Assembly: GCA_036558285.1 (NCBI GenBank)
Contig: DATBFW010000137.1
Span: 8,697-72,696, forward strand
Length of the DNA stretch: 64,000 nt
From: Mycobacteriales bacterium
GTDB taxonomy: Bacteria > Actinomycetota > Actinomycetes > Mycobacteriales > CADCTP01
Reading direction: 5' to 3'
Shown piece after piece: positions 16,726-25,663 of the stretch; position 1 is the stretch's first letter, and every line of letters starts with the position of its first letter. The translations under genes were made by a program, and so were the position numbers. Under the pieces are notes generated by a model that saw nothing but the letters and a program-made list of their open reading frames with translations, had not been told where the DNA came from and searched no databases.

Positions 16726-17949
16726 TCACCCCTCCTTCGGCAGCGTCATCGTCACCGCGGTCGGCCCACCGGGCGGGCTGTCCACCCGCAGGGTGCCGTC
16801 GAGGGCGGCCGCGCGGCAGGCCAGGCCGGCCAGCCCGGTGCCGCCGCCGTCGAGCGTCGCCCCGCCGCGGCCGTCGTCGGTCACCTCGAGCAGGAAGCAC
16901 CCCGGCGCCTCGGCCAGCCGCAGCCGTGCCCTGGTCGCGCCGGCGTGCCGGGTGACGTTGGTCAGCAGCTCGGCGAGGCTGAAGTAGAGCGTGCTCGCGG
17001 TGGCTGCGGGCGGCTCGCTGGTCAGCTCGACGGCGGTCTCGACCGGCACCGGGCTGCGGGCGGCCAGCGTCGCGACCGCGGTCGGCAGCCCGGCGTCGAG
17101 CGCCGGTGGGTGGATGCCGCGGACGATGTCGCGCAGCTCGCCCAGCGCGTCGGCCACCGTCTCCTGGGCGCCGGCGACGAGCGCCCGCACCTCGGGATCG
17201 GTGACTCGGTGGCGGATCCGGCCGAGTGTCACGCCGAGCGAGACCAGCCGGGCCTGGGTGCCGTCGTGCAGGTCGCGCTCCAGCCGGGACAGGACGGTGG
17301 CCGCGTCGGCGGCCAGCAGGGCCCGGCTCGTCTGCAGCTCGGCGATCCGGGTCCGGTCGGGGCTCGGCTCGAGCAGCGCGCGGACCAGCACGCGGTCGAG
17401 GCTGACCAGCAGGCGCAGGAACCACGGCCAGACCAGCAGGACGCCGACCGCCTGCAGCACGTAGAGCCAGGTGCCGGCCCAGCCGGGGTCGTCGATCTCA
17501 CCGAAGCCGGTCGGGGTGAGCCACCACCAGATCGGAGAGGTGAGGAACGCCAGCCCGACGGCGAGCGAGACGGCAGCGATGTAGGCGGCGAGCGCGGTCA
17601 CCGGCAGTGTGACGAAGCAGTAGAGCAGGGCACGCCAGCCCGCGCCGTCGAGCAGGACCGCCCGGGCCCAGCGCAGCCGGCCCTGGTCGCGTCGCACCGG
17701 TGGCGGCAGCGGCCAGTGCCAGCCGACGATTCGCGCCGGCCAGCGGAAGGCCTGGTTGGCCACCCGGGCCAGCAGCAGCACGCCGACCAGCAGTGGCAGC
17801 CCGACGGTGAACAGCGACAGCACCGCCGCGACCGCACCGAGCAGGGCGAGGGCGAACGCCGGCACCGCCGGCAGCAGGCTCGCCAGGACGTAGCCGAACT
17901 CCCGCCAGGTGCGGCCGCCGACCGGCGCCAGCAGGATCCGGCGGATCAC
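16726..17949 (-). CDS. sensor histidine kinase (multi-TM putative-sensor domain + HisKA_3 + HATPase)
   Basis: Real part of track ORF 16726..19245(-). GTG 17949 overlaps the permease stop (GTGA). It has several TM helices, the H-box LERDLHDGTQARL and the C-terminal GTGLAGLACRAAALDGTLRV. Confidence 0.85.
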   Translation of the reverse strand: MIRRILLAPVGGRTWREFGYVLASLLPAVPAFALALLGAVAAVLSLFTVGLPLLVGVLLLARVANQAFRWPARIVGWHWPLPPPVRRDQGRLRWARAVLLDGAGWRALLYCFVTLPVTALAAYIAAVSLAVGLAFLTSPIWWWLTPTGFGEIDDPGWAGTWLYVLQAVGVLLVWPWFLRLLVSLDRVLVRALLEPSPDRTRIAELQTSRALLAADAATVLSRLERDLHDGTQARLVSLGVTLGRIRHRVTDPEVRALVAGAQETVADALGELRDIVRGIHPPALDAGLPTAVATLAARSPVPVETAVELTSEPPAATASTLYFSLAELLTNVTRHAGATRARLRLAEAPGCFLLEVTDDGRGGATLDGGGTGLAGLACRAAALDGTLRVDSPPGGPTAVTMTLPKEG

Positions 17950-19286
17950 GGCTCCACCCCGGCCGCCTCGATCGCCGGCTGGCGCAGCAGCACTGCCGCC
18001 GGCGCCACCATGCCCAGCGCAACCAGCCCGAACACCCCGAGGACGAACGCCGCGAGCCAACCCGCGGGCAGGTAGGGCAGGAAGGTGCCCAGCGCACCGT
18101 GCAGCAGCGGCAGCAGCGTCACCGCCGCCACGCATGCCGCCGCGAGCAGCGCCGTCCCGGTCACGACCACAGCTTCGCAGGTCAGCACGCCGAGCACGCG
18201 GCCACGGGTGGCGCCGGCGAGCCGGAGCGCGGCCAGCTCTCCGCGTCGGCTGAGCACCACGGTGATCAGCGCGTTGACGGCCGCGACTGCGGCGAACGCC
18301 ACGAAGACCCCGCTGCCCGAGTAGTCCAGCCAGACGTCGGCGGCCGGGTCCGCGATGCCCCGCACGTGCGCGGCGGTGGTGTGCGCGGTGACCTTGATCG
18401 CCGCGAACCCGACCGACAGCACCAGCGGCACCAGCGCCGCGGACAGCGCCCTCGCCCGCACCGCGACGTTGTCGGCGGCCAGCGCGCCGACCCGGCCGAA
18501 CGGCCGCGCCAGCGGCGCGGCGACCCGCAGCAGCGCCGGCCCGAGCAGCCCGGCCCCCACGCACAGCGCCAGCACCACCAGCAGGCCGAGGTCCTCGGCC
18601 TGGTCCGCCGGCAGCGTCGAGGACGCCACGGCCAGCACCGTGCCACCGACCGCGAGCAGCACGCCGATTCCGGTCCGCACCGGCCCGAAGGTCCGGCGCG
18701 GCACCGCCGTCTCGGTCAGCGCCACCGCCGGCCGCACCCGGGCCGGCCGTACGGCCGCGGCGAGCGCGCCGAGCACGCCGGCGCCGAGCGCGACGCCCAG
18801 CGCTGCCGGCCAGGCGACGGCGCTGAACCGGAAGGCCACCGCGGTGGGGACCACGCCGTGCCCGGCGAGGCTGCCGACCCAGGCCTGGCAGGCCAGCGTG
18901 CCGAGCGGGACGCCGGCGAGCGTCGCCGGGATCGCCACGACGGCGGCCTGGATCGCGACCGCGCGCCGGACCCGGCCCGGGGTCGCGCCGGCCGTGCGCA
19001 GCAACGCGATGTCGCGGCCCTGCCGGGCGATCGTCGCGGCCATCGTGACGGTGACGATGAGGATCGACAGATAGATCCCGAGCAGGACGAGCACCGTCGC
19101 GAAGTCGGCCGCATCGGTTGCGGCCAATGCCCGCCGGCCGGCCGCGTCGAGACCGGCGCCGCCGAACGAGGTCTGCGCGCCGATGCCGGCGCTGACCACG
19201 GCCGTGCCGAGGGTCAGCGTCGCGACCGGCCCCGCGAACGACCACGGGTGCTTGCGCAACGCCTGCCGGGTCAGCCCTGCGCTCAT
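17946..19286 (-). CDS. ABC transporter permease (FtsX-like)
   Basis: 446-aa hydrophobic ORF with an ATGA overlap to the upstream ATPase. It has the typical FtsX-type TM pattern. Confidence 0.85.
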   Translation of the reverse strand: MSAGLTRQALRKHPWSFAGPVATLTLGTAVVSAGIGAQTSFGGAGLDAAGRRALAATDAADFATVLVLLGIYLSILIVTVTMAATIARQGRDIALLRTAGATPGRVRRAVAIQAAVVAIPATLAGVPLGTLACQAWVGSLAGHGVVPTAVAFRFSAVAWPAALGVALGAGVLGALAAAVRPARVRPAVALTETAVPRRTFGPVRTGIGVLLAVGGTVLAVASSTLPADQAEDLGLLVVLALCVGAGLLGPALLRVAAPLARPFGRVGALAADNVAVRARALSAALVPLVLSVGFAAIKVTAHTTAAHVRGIADPAADVWLDYSGSGVFVAFAAVAAVNALITVVLSRRGELAALRLAGATRGRVLGVLTCEAVVVTGTALLAAACVAAVTLLPLLHGALGTFLPYLPAGWLAAFVLGVFGLVALGMVAPAAVLLRQPAIEAAGVEP

Positions 19287-20017
19287 GCCGGCACCGTGAC
19301 GGCCGAGGTGGAGACCGCGCGCAACCGGGCGGCGATCTCGGCGGCGTCGGGGGTGGGGGAGTCGGCGACGAGCCGGCCGTCGCGCAGCAGCACCAGCCGG
19401 TCGCTCACCGCCGCCGCGAGCGGGTCGTGGGTCACCATCACCACGGTCAGCCCGTCCCGGTCGACCGCGTCCCGCAGCAGCCGCAGCACCTGCCCGCCGG
19501 TGGTCGGGTCGAGCGCACCGGTCGGCTCGTCGGCGAACACCACGGCCGGTGCGGTGACCAGGGCGCGGGCGATCGCCACCCGCTGCCGCTGACCGCCGGA
19601 CAGCTCGCCGACCGGGCGCCGCTCCAGCCCGGTGAGGCCTACCCGCGCCAGGACCTCCGCCAGCGGCCGGCCGCGCGGGCCGCCCAACCGGAACGGGAGC
19701 AGCACGTTCTGTCGGACGGTCAGCTCGGACAGCAGGTTGTAGGACTGGAAGACGAACCCGATCCGGTCCCGGCGCAGCCGGGTGAGCGTGCGCTCGCGCA
19801 TCCGGGAGATGTCCCGGCCGGCGAGGCGGACGGCGCCGGCGGTGGGCCGGTCGAGCCCGGCCGCACAGTGCAGCAACGTGCTCTTGCCCGAGCCGGTCGC
19901 GCCCATTACCGAGACGAACGAGCCGGCCGGCACCCGCAGCGAGACGCCCCGCAGTGCGACCGGGCCCGCTCGTCCGAACTGCCGGGTCACGCCGGTCAGC
20001 TCCAGCACGTCATCCAT
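19283..20017 (-). CDS. ABC transporter ATP-binding protein (MacB/LolD type)
   Basis: Walker A GATGSGKST, signature LSGGQRQRVAIARAL, Walker B VVFADEPTGALD. Confidence 0.9.
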   Translation of the reverse strand: MDDVLELTGVTRQFGRAGPVALRGVSLRVPAGSFVSVMGATGSGKSTLLHCAAGLDRPTAGAVRLAGRDISRMRERTLTRLRRDRIGFVFQSYNLLSELTVRQNVLLPFRLGGPRGRPLAEVLARVGLTGLERRPVGELSGGQRQRVAIARALVTAPAVVFADEPTGALDPTTGGQVLRLLRDAVDRDGLTVVMVTHDPLAAAVSDRLVLLRDGRLVADSPTPDAAEIAARLRAVSTSAVTVPA

Positions 20018-20071
20018 GGCGTCGAGCCTCGTCGCGGCGACGATCGCCGGCAGCAGGGCTGACCGCCCGAT

Positions 20072-20093
20072 CGTGGTGCGGTTATCCGCACCA
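20072..20093 (-). terminator. short stem-loop downstream of the P450 gene
   Basis: GTGGTGCGG-TTAT-CCGCACCAC gives a 9-bp perfect stem and a 4-nt loop. There is no U-tract. Confidence 0.3.
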
Positions 20094-20110
20094 CCAGCGG
20101 GCCGGCGGCG

Positions 20111-21295
20111 TCATGGCGCCACCGCGAGCGGAAGCCGGCGCAGCGCCCGCAGCGTGTTGTTGAGCTGCGGTTCCGGCGCCCCCGCCAGGCTGATCGTCGC
20201 GTACCGGCGGGCCAGCTCGGCCAGCACCGCGCTGCCCTCGGCCCGGGCCAGGGCACCGCCGACGCAGGCGTGGATCCCGGCACCGAAGGCGACGTGACCG
20301 CTGGCCTTGCGGGCGATGTCGAACCGGTGCGGGTCCGGCCAGCGGCGGCGGTCCCGGTTGGCCGCGCCGAGGAACAGCAGCACCTTCTCGCCGGCCGGGA
20401 TCTCGACGTCGCCGACCACGACCGGGCGCGTGGTCGTGCGGAAGAACGTCTGCACCGCCGACTCGTACCGCAGCGCCTCCTCGAACGCCGCCCCGGCCCG
20501 GGACGGATCGGAGCGCAGCAGCGCGTACTGGTCGGGGTTCGCGGCCAGGCACCACAACGCGTTGCCGATCGCGTGCACGGTCGTGTCCAGCCCGGCGGAC
20601 AGCAGCGAGCGCATCAGCAGCGCCGACTGGTCCGGCGAGAACCCGTCCTCCGCCGCGTACTCGTGCAGCCGGGCGCCCATCCCGCCCGGCGCGAGACTCC
20701 CGGCCCGGCAGGCCTTCGCCACCCACTCCTGGACCGGTGGCGCGCCGGCCATCGCCTCGACGAACAGCCGGTTGCGCGGGCCGAACCCGTTGAACACCAG
20801 GTCCCCGTACGGCAGCAGGTGCTCCCGCCCCTCCGCCGGCATGCCGACGATGTCCGGGAAGACCGCCAGCGGGTACGGGATCGCGATGTCGCCGATGCCG
20901 TCGATCTCGTCCCGACCGGCGAGCCGGTCGAACAGCGAGGTCGCCTCCGTCACGAGCGAATCCTCGTGCCGGCGCACGGTTCCCGGTGACATCGCCCGGG
21001 TGACCGGCCGGCGGGCCCGGGCGTGCGCCGGCGGGTCGGCCTCGAGCAGCAGGCTCGGCGGCCGCCACGGCGTCTCCTTCCGGAAGTCGCTGAGCCCGAC
21101 GCCGGCCGACGAGCAGAACGTGTCGTGGTCGACCAGCGCCGCCTGCACCTGCTCGTACCGGGCCATCGCCCAGATCCCGTACGCGGAGAGCCGGACCACC
21201 GGTCCGAGCTCGCGCAGCTGGTCGTGCATCGGGTACGGGTCGGCCAGCACCGCCTCGTCGAACGGGTCGACCGAGCTCACCGGCGCGTCGCTCAT
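20111..21295 (-). CDS. cytochrome P450
   Basis: Track ORF 20111..21442(-), started at ATG 21295 (MSDAPVSSVDPFDEAVLADPYPMH). It has the I-helix AGLDTT, ExxR in EEALRYE and the haem-Cys loop FGAGIHACVG. Confidence 0.9.
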   Translation of the reverse strand: MSDAPVSSVDPFDEAVLADPYPMHDQLRELGPVVRLSAYGIWAMARYEQVQAALVDHDTFCSSAGVGLSDFRKETPWRPPSLLLEADPPAHARARRPVTRAMSPGTVRRHEDSLVTEATSLFDRLAGRDEIDGIGDIAIPYPLAVFPDIVGMPAEGREHLLPYGDLVFNGFGPRNRLFVEAMAGAPPVQEWVAKACRAGSLAPGGMGARLHEYAAEDGFSPDQSALLMRSLLSAGLDTTVHAIGNALWCLAANPDQYALLRSDPSRAGAAFEEALRYESAVQTFFRTTTRPVVVGDVEIPAGEKVLLFLGAANRDRRRWPDPHRFDIARKASGHVAFGAGIHACVGGALARAEGSAVLAELARRYATISLAGAPEPQLNNTLRALRRLPLAVAP

Positions 21296-21327
21296 CCGCC
21301 CAGTCTGCCGTCCCGGACGCGACCGAA

Positions 21328-22050
21328 CTACCTTCCCCGGCTTGAGGCGGCGGGGATCCGACCGGCGATCCCGTCGAGCAGGAAGTCCAACCCGCGGGTG
21401 AGCTGCTGCTCGGGCGTGGGCCCGACCGGCGCCGCCATCCACCGGCCGAGCAGCGGATGTCTGGCCGCCACCGTCTCGCGCAGGTCCTGGATGGCCGTGG
21501 TGAGCTCGCCGTCGTCGTCGACGCCGTAGGTTCGCAGCATCGCCCGCTCCTCGGCGTCGGCCAGCGCCGCCGCGTACACGTGCCGGTCGAGCAGCTGCAC
21601 GTAGCTCAGCGCCTCGGGCAGGTCGAGGCCGGTCGCGGACAGCGTCCGCAGCAGTGCCTCGGTGCGGCGCAGCAGGTTCGGTCCCAGTGGCGGGCGGGTG
21701 TGCACCAGCTGCGCATACCAGACGTGCCGGCGGGCCATCGCCCAGCTGTCCAGGGCGACCCGGCGCAGCTGGGGCCGCCAGTCGCCGGCACCGGCGTCGG
21801 GCAGCGGGACCTCGGCGACCACGTCGTCGAGCATCAGGTCGACCAGCCCGTCCTTGCTGTCCACGTACCGGTAGAGCGCCATCGCGCTGTATTCGCCTAG
21901 CCGGCCGGCGACCGCCGTCATCGTCAGGCCCGCTGCCCCGGTCTCGTCGGCGACCGAGACCGCGGCCCGCACGACCGCGGCCCGGGTGAGCCGGCGACCG
22001 TCCGCCGGCTCCGGCGAGAGCCAGACGAGCGAGAGATAGGGCTTGACCAC
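21328..22050 (-). CDS. TetR-family transcriptional regulator
   Basis: C-terminal 240 aa of track ORF 21328..23109(-). The HTH is LTMTAVAGRLGEYSAMALYRYVDSKDGL. The GTG 22050 start is probably leaderless, because TACACT ends 7 nt upstream. Confidence 0.85.
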   Translation of the reverse strand: MVKPYLSLVWLSPEPADGRRLTRAAVVRAAVSVADETGAAGLTMTAVAGRLGEYSAMALYRYVDSKDGLVDLMLDDVVAEVPLPDAGAGDWRPQLRRVALDSWAMARRHVWYAQLVHTRPPLGPNLLRRTEALLRTLSATGLDLPEALSYVQLLDRHVYAAALADAEERAMLRTYGVDDDGELTTAIQDLRETVAARHPLLGRWMAAPVGPTPEQQLTRGLDFLLDGIAGRIPAASSRGR

Positions 22051-22095
22051 GGCGGCTAGTGTATGGCTTAAATTCGAGTTTAGGAGATAAATCAG
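22051..22095. promoter_or_regulatory. AT-rich divergent promoter/operator region (TetR-P450 versus aldo/keto reductase)
   Basis: The 45-bp gap GGCGGCTAGTGTATGGCTTAAATTCGAGTTTAGGAGATAAATCAG has 19 G+C by my count, far below the surrounding sequence. It contains AGGAG 9 nt before ATG 22096 and a TANNNT box (rc of 22058-22063) for the leaderless TetR start. Confidence 0.45.
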
Positions 22096-23079
22096 ATGCA
22101 GTACGGACGGCTCGGCCGGACCGGGCTCGTCGTCTCGCGGATCGGCCTCGGCATGATGAGCATCGGCGACACCAGCCGCCGGGCCTGGCACCTCACGGCC
22201 GACCAGGCCGAGCCGCTGGTCCGGCACGCCGTGGAGGCCGGCGTCACGCTGTTCGACACCGCCGACATGTACGACCTCGGCGCCAGCGAGGAGGCGACCG
22301 GCACCCTGCTGCGCCGGCTGTTCGCGCACCGGGACGACTACGTGCTGGCGACCAAGGTCTACTTCCCGCTGCGGGAAGGTGTGACCAACGCCGGCGGCCT
22401 TTCCCGCAAGCACCTGCTCAGCGCGATCGACGACTCGCTGCGCCGCCTCGGCGTCGACTACGTCGACCTCTACCAGATCCACCGGTACGACCCGCTGACG
22501 CCGATCGAGGAGACGATGCAGGCCCTCGACGAGGTGGTGCGCGCCGGCAAGGCCCGCTACCTCGGCGCCTCGGCCATGTACGCCTGGCAGTTCGTGCAGG
22601 CCCAGGAGCGGGCGCGGGCGGCCGGCTGGACGCCGTTCGTGTCGATGCAGGACCACTACAACCTCGCCTACCGCGAGGAGGAGCGGGAGATGCTGCCGTA
22701 CTGCCGGGAGACCGGGGTCGGCGTGCTCCCGTTCAGCCCGCTCGCCCGTGGACTGCTCGCCGGCACCCACAGCCGCGCCGACCGGACCGCGACCGTCCGC
22801 GGACGGTCCGATCCGCTGGCCGACGCGACGTACGGCGAGGGCGACTTCGACGTGGTCGACGCGCTCGTCGACGTGGCCGCCGCGCGCGGGCTGCCGCCGG
22901 CGCAGGTCGCGCTCGCCTGGCTGTCCAGCCGGCCGGGTGTGACCGCGCCGATCGTCGGCGCGACGAAGATCGAGCACGTCGCCGGCGCGATCGCCTCGGT
23001 CGACGTCACGCTGGACCAGGACGAGGTCGCCCGGCTGGAGGCGCCGTACCGGCCGCATCCGGTGCTCGGCCACGACTGA
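22096..23079 (+). CDS. aldo/keto reductase
   Basis: 327-aa ORF: MQYGRLGRTGLVVSRIGLGMMSIG..., LFDTADMYD, YVDLYQIHRYD, YLGASAMYAWQF. Confidence 0.9.
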   Translation: MQYGRLGRTGLVVSRIGLGMMSIGDTSRRAWHLTADQAEPLVRHAVEAGVTLFDTADMYDLGASEEATGTLLRRLFAHRDDYVLATKVYFPLREGVTNAGGLSRKHLLSAIDDSLRRLGVDYVDLYQIHRYDPLTPIEETMQALDEVVRAGKARYLGASAMYAWQFVQAQERARAAGWTPFVSMQDHYNLAYREEEREMLPYCRETGVGVLPFSPLARGLLAGTHSRADRTATVRGRSDPLADATYGEGDFDVVDALVDVAAARGLPPAQVALAWLSSRPGVTAPIVGATKIEHVAGAIASVDVTLDQDEVARLEAPYRPHPVLGHD

Positions 23080-24082
23080 GCGACGGCTCGGCGACCAGGT
23101 AGTGGTCAAGGTCCCGGGCGGCGTCCGGGGCGGCGTCTCGGGCGGTGTCCTGGACGCCGTCGGCGGCGGCGTCCCCGGTGGTGTCCTGGACGCCGTCGGC
23201 GGCTGCGTCCCGGGCGGTCTGGTGGGCGGCGAGGCCGGCGATCACCAGCGCGATGCCGGCCAGGTCCCGTCCGGTCGGCACCTGGGCCAGCACGAGCAGG
23301 CCGATCACGGTCGCGGCCGCCGGCAGCAGCGCCAGCATCAGCGCGAACGTCGCCCGCGCCAGCCTGGCCATCGCCAGCTGGTCGGTCACGTACGGGATGA
23401 CCGACGAGCACACGCCGACGCCGACGCCCCAGGCGAGCCACAGCGGGTGCCCGAACGCCGCCACGGCCTGGTGCAGGCCGAACGGGGTGGCGACGACGGC
23501 GGCGATCAGCATCGCCGCGCCGAGCTGGTCGATCCCGCCGAGCGGACCGGCCCCGCTGCGGGCGACGCGGTGACCGAGGACCACGTAGAGCACGAAGCCG
23601 GCGCAGTTGGCGAACGCGAACGCGAAGCCGAGCGGCTCGCCGGCCAGGCGGACGTCGGTCAGCACGGCGACGCCGCCGACGGCGAGGGCGAGCGCGAGCA
23701 GGTTGCGCGGAGTGCGGGCGCCGGCCGCGGCCAGCACGATCGTGCCGAGGAACTCGACCGCGCCGACCGTGGCCAGCGGCAGCCGGTCGACCGCCAGGTA
23801 GAACAGCGAGTTCATGGCGGCGAGCACGGCACCGAGCGCGAGCAGCACCCGGCGCCGTTCCGGCGTGGCGCCGCGCAGCACCCGCCACGGTCGCCGCCAG
23901 AGTGCGAACACCACGGCCGCGGCGGCGATCCGGAGCCAGGCAACGCCGAGCACCTCGACGTGCGCGAACAGCAGCACCGCCAGCGACGGGCCGAGGTAGT
24001 GGAAGACCGCGCTGGTGAGGAAGAACGAGCTCGGCGGAAGCGCCGCGACGGCGCCGGCCACCCGCCCGGTCGGTACGGACAC
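23006..24082 (-). CDS. EamA/DMT-family transporter with repetitive acidic C-terminal tail
   Basis: 358-aa ORF with about 10 TM helices. The tail is ...DAAADGVQDTTGDAAADGVQDTARDAAPDAARD... The 3' end overlaps the convergent reductase by 74 nt. Confidence 0.85.
   Translation of the reverse strand: MSVPTGRVAGAVAALPPSSFFLTSAVFHYLGPSLAVLLFAHVEVLGVAWLRIAAAAVVFALWRRPWRVLRGATPERRRVLLALGAVLAAMNSLFYLAVDRLPLATVGAVEFLGTIVLAAAGARTPRNLLALALAVGGVAVLTDVRLAGEPLGFAFAFANCAGFVLYVVLGHRVARSGAGPLGGIDQLGAAMLIAAVVATPFGLHQAVAAFGHPLWLAWGVGVGVCSSVIPYVTDQLAMARLARATFALMLALLPAAATVIGLLVLAQVPTGRDLAGIALVIAGLAAHQTARDAAADGVQDTTGDAAADGVQDTARDAAPDAARDLDHYLVAEPSLSRGRAPDAAGTAPPAGRPRPGPA
23120..23225. repeat. 36-bp tandem repeat (2 full copies plus partial flanks) encoding the EamA tail
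   Basis: GGCGTCTCGGGCGGTGTCCTGGACGCCGTCGGCGGC (23132-23167) is followed by GGCGTCCCCGGTGGTGTCCTGGACGCCGTCGGCGGC (23168-23203). Degenerate copies lie on both sides. Confidence 0.8.
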
Positions 24083-24117
24083 CTGGACTATCGTCCAAGG
24101 CGGAACGGCGTACGACC

Positions 24118-24774
24118 ATGGCTGATCAACGGTCGAATGGGCCGATTGCCGAGGATGTGCAGGTGAGATCGATGTCTGAGCTTCAGAGCCGGTCCGAGCT
24201 GCTGGATGCGGTCAACACCCGGTTGCTGCGGGAGCTGCACGACGACCCGAGGATCACGATGTCCGCGCTGGCCCGCCGGGTCGGCATGTCGGCTCCTGCG
24301 GTCACCGAGCGGGTGCAGCGGCTGCAGCGGTCCGGGGTGATCGCCGGCTTCCGGATGGAGGTCGACCCGGCCGCGCTCGGGCTGCCGGTCACCGCCTTCG
24401 CCCGGATCCGCCCGACCGCCGGGCAGCTGGACAGGATCGCGGCGCTGGCCCGGGAGATCGGCCAGGTCAGCGAGTGCCACCGGATCACCGGCGAGGACTG
24501 CTTCCTGGTCAAGGTGCACGTGGCCCGGATCCAGGACCTGGAGGAGGTGCTGGACCGCTTCCTGCTGTACGGGCAGACGGTCAGCTCGATCGTGGTGTCC
24601 ACCCCGGTGCCACCGCGGCCCCTCCCGCTGCCCGGCGATATGCCGCCGGACAACGCGGCACCGGGCAAGACCGCACCGGGCAAGGCGGCGTCGGGCAAAG
24701 CGTCAGGTACGGCGGCGCAGGACGGGAGCGTGCCGGGCGGGGCGGTGTCGCGCGAGCCGGGGTCGGGCGGCTAG
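24118..24774 (+). CDS. Lrp/AsnC-family transcriptional regulator with Pro/Gly/Ala-rich tail
   Basis: LLDAVNTRLLRELHDDPRITMSALARRVGMSAPAVTERVQRLQRSGVI is the HTH, followed by an AsnC-type ligand domain. Start is ATG 24118 or ATG 24172 (MSELQS..., preceded by AGGTGA). It is divergent from the EamA gene. Confidence 0.85.
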   Translation: MADQRSNGPIAEDVQVRSMSELQSRSELLDAVNTRLLRELHDDPRITMSALARRVGMSAPAVTERVQRLQRSGVIAGFRMEVDPAALGLPVTAFARIRPTAGQLDRIAALAREIGQVSECHRITGEDCFLVKVHVARIQDLEEVLDRFLLYGQTVSSIVVSTPVPPRPLPLPGDMPPDNAAPGKTAPGKAASGKASGTAAQDGSVPGGAVSREPGSGG

Positions 24775-24778
24775 CACG

Positions 24779-25663
24779 GTGCATCCCGACCAGCTGACGG
24801 TGCCGGCGGCCACGGTGCGCGCGCTGGTGGACGCGCAGTTCCCGGCCTGGCGGGACCTGCCGGTCACCAGGGTCGCCGCGCACGGCACGGTCAACGCGAT
24901 CTTCCGGCTCGGCGACCGGCTCGCGGCCCGGTTCCCGCTCGTCCCGCGGGACGTGGCCGGGGCCCGGGCGTGGCTGGCGGCCGAGGCGGACGCGGCCCGC
25001 GAGCTGGCCGGGCGCACCCGGTTCCGGACGCCCGAGCCGGTCGCTCTGGGCGAGCCGGGCGCCGGCTACCCGCTGCCCTGGTCGGTGCAGACCTGGCTGC
25101 CCGGCACGGTCGCGACCGACGCCGACCCGGGGGAGTCGGCGGGGTTCGCCCACGACCTGGCCGAGTTCATCCGAGGAGTGCGTGCGATCGACACCCGCGG
25201 GCGGGTGTTCGCCGGCACCGGCCGCGGCGGCGACCTGCGCGACCACGACGCCTGGCTGGCGACCTGCTTCGAGCGCAGCGACGGCCTGCTGGACGTGCCG
25301 CGGCTACGCCGGCTGTGGACGCGGCTGCGGGAGCTGCCGCGGGGACCGGCGCCGGACGTGATGAGCCACGGCGACCTCATCCCCGGCAACGTCCTCGTCG
25401 ACCGCGGGCGGCTGGCGGGCGTGCTCGACGTCGGCGGGCTGGGTGCAGCCGATCCCGCGCTGGACCTGGTCGCGGCCTGGCACCTGCTCGGGGCCGGCCC
25501 GCGGCAGGTGCTGCGGGACGACCTCGGCCCGTCCGACCTGGCGTGGGAGCGCGGTCGGGCCTGGGCGTTCGTCCAGGCGATGGGGGCGGTCTGGTACTAC
25601 GTGGACAGCAACCCGCCGATGAGCCGGATGGGCCGGCGCACCCTGGAGCGGGTGCTCACCTAG
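24779..25663 (+). CDS. aminoglycoside phosphotransferase (APH) family kinase
   Basis: 294-aa ORF with a GTG start. The catalytic loop is VMSHGDLIPGNVLV, followed by GVLDVGGLGAADPALD. Confidence 0.85.
   Translation: MHPDQLTVPAATVRALVDAQFPAWRDLPVTRVAAHGTVNAIFRLGDRLAARFPLVPRDVAGARAWLAAEADAARELAGRTRFRTPEPVALGEPGAGYPLPWSVQTWLPGTVATDADPGESAGFAHDLAEFIRGVRAIDTRGRVFAGTGRGGDLRDHDAWLATCFERSDGLLDVPRLRRLWTRLRELPRGPAPDVMSHGDLIPGNVLVDRGRLAGVLDVGGLGAADPALDLVAAWHLLGAGPRQVLRDDLGPSDLAWERGRAWAFVQAMGAVWYYVDSNPPMSRMGRRTLERVLT

Noticed and set aside
24118-24171. Whether the first 18 codons of the Lrp/AsnC ORF are translated.
   Set aside because: This is not resolved. ATG 24172 has a better upstream AGGTGA and gives a typical family N-terminus. 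I kept the longest ORF in the feature table and flag the alternative here.
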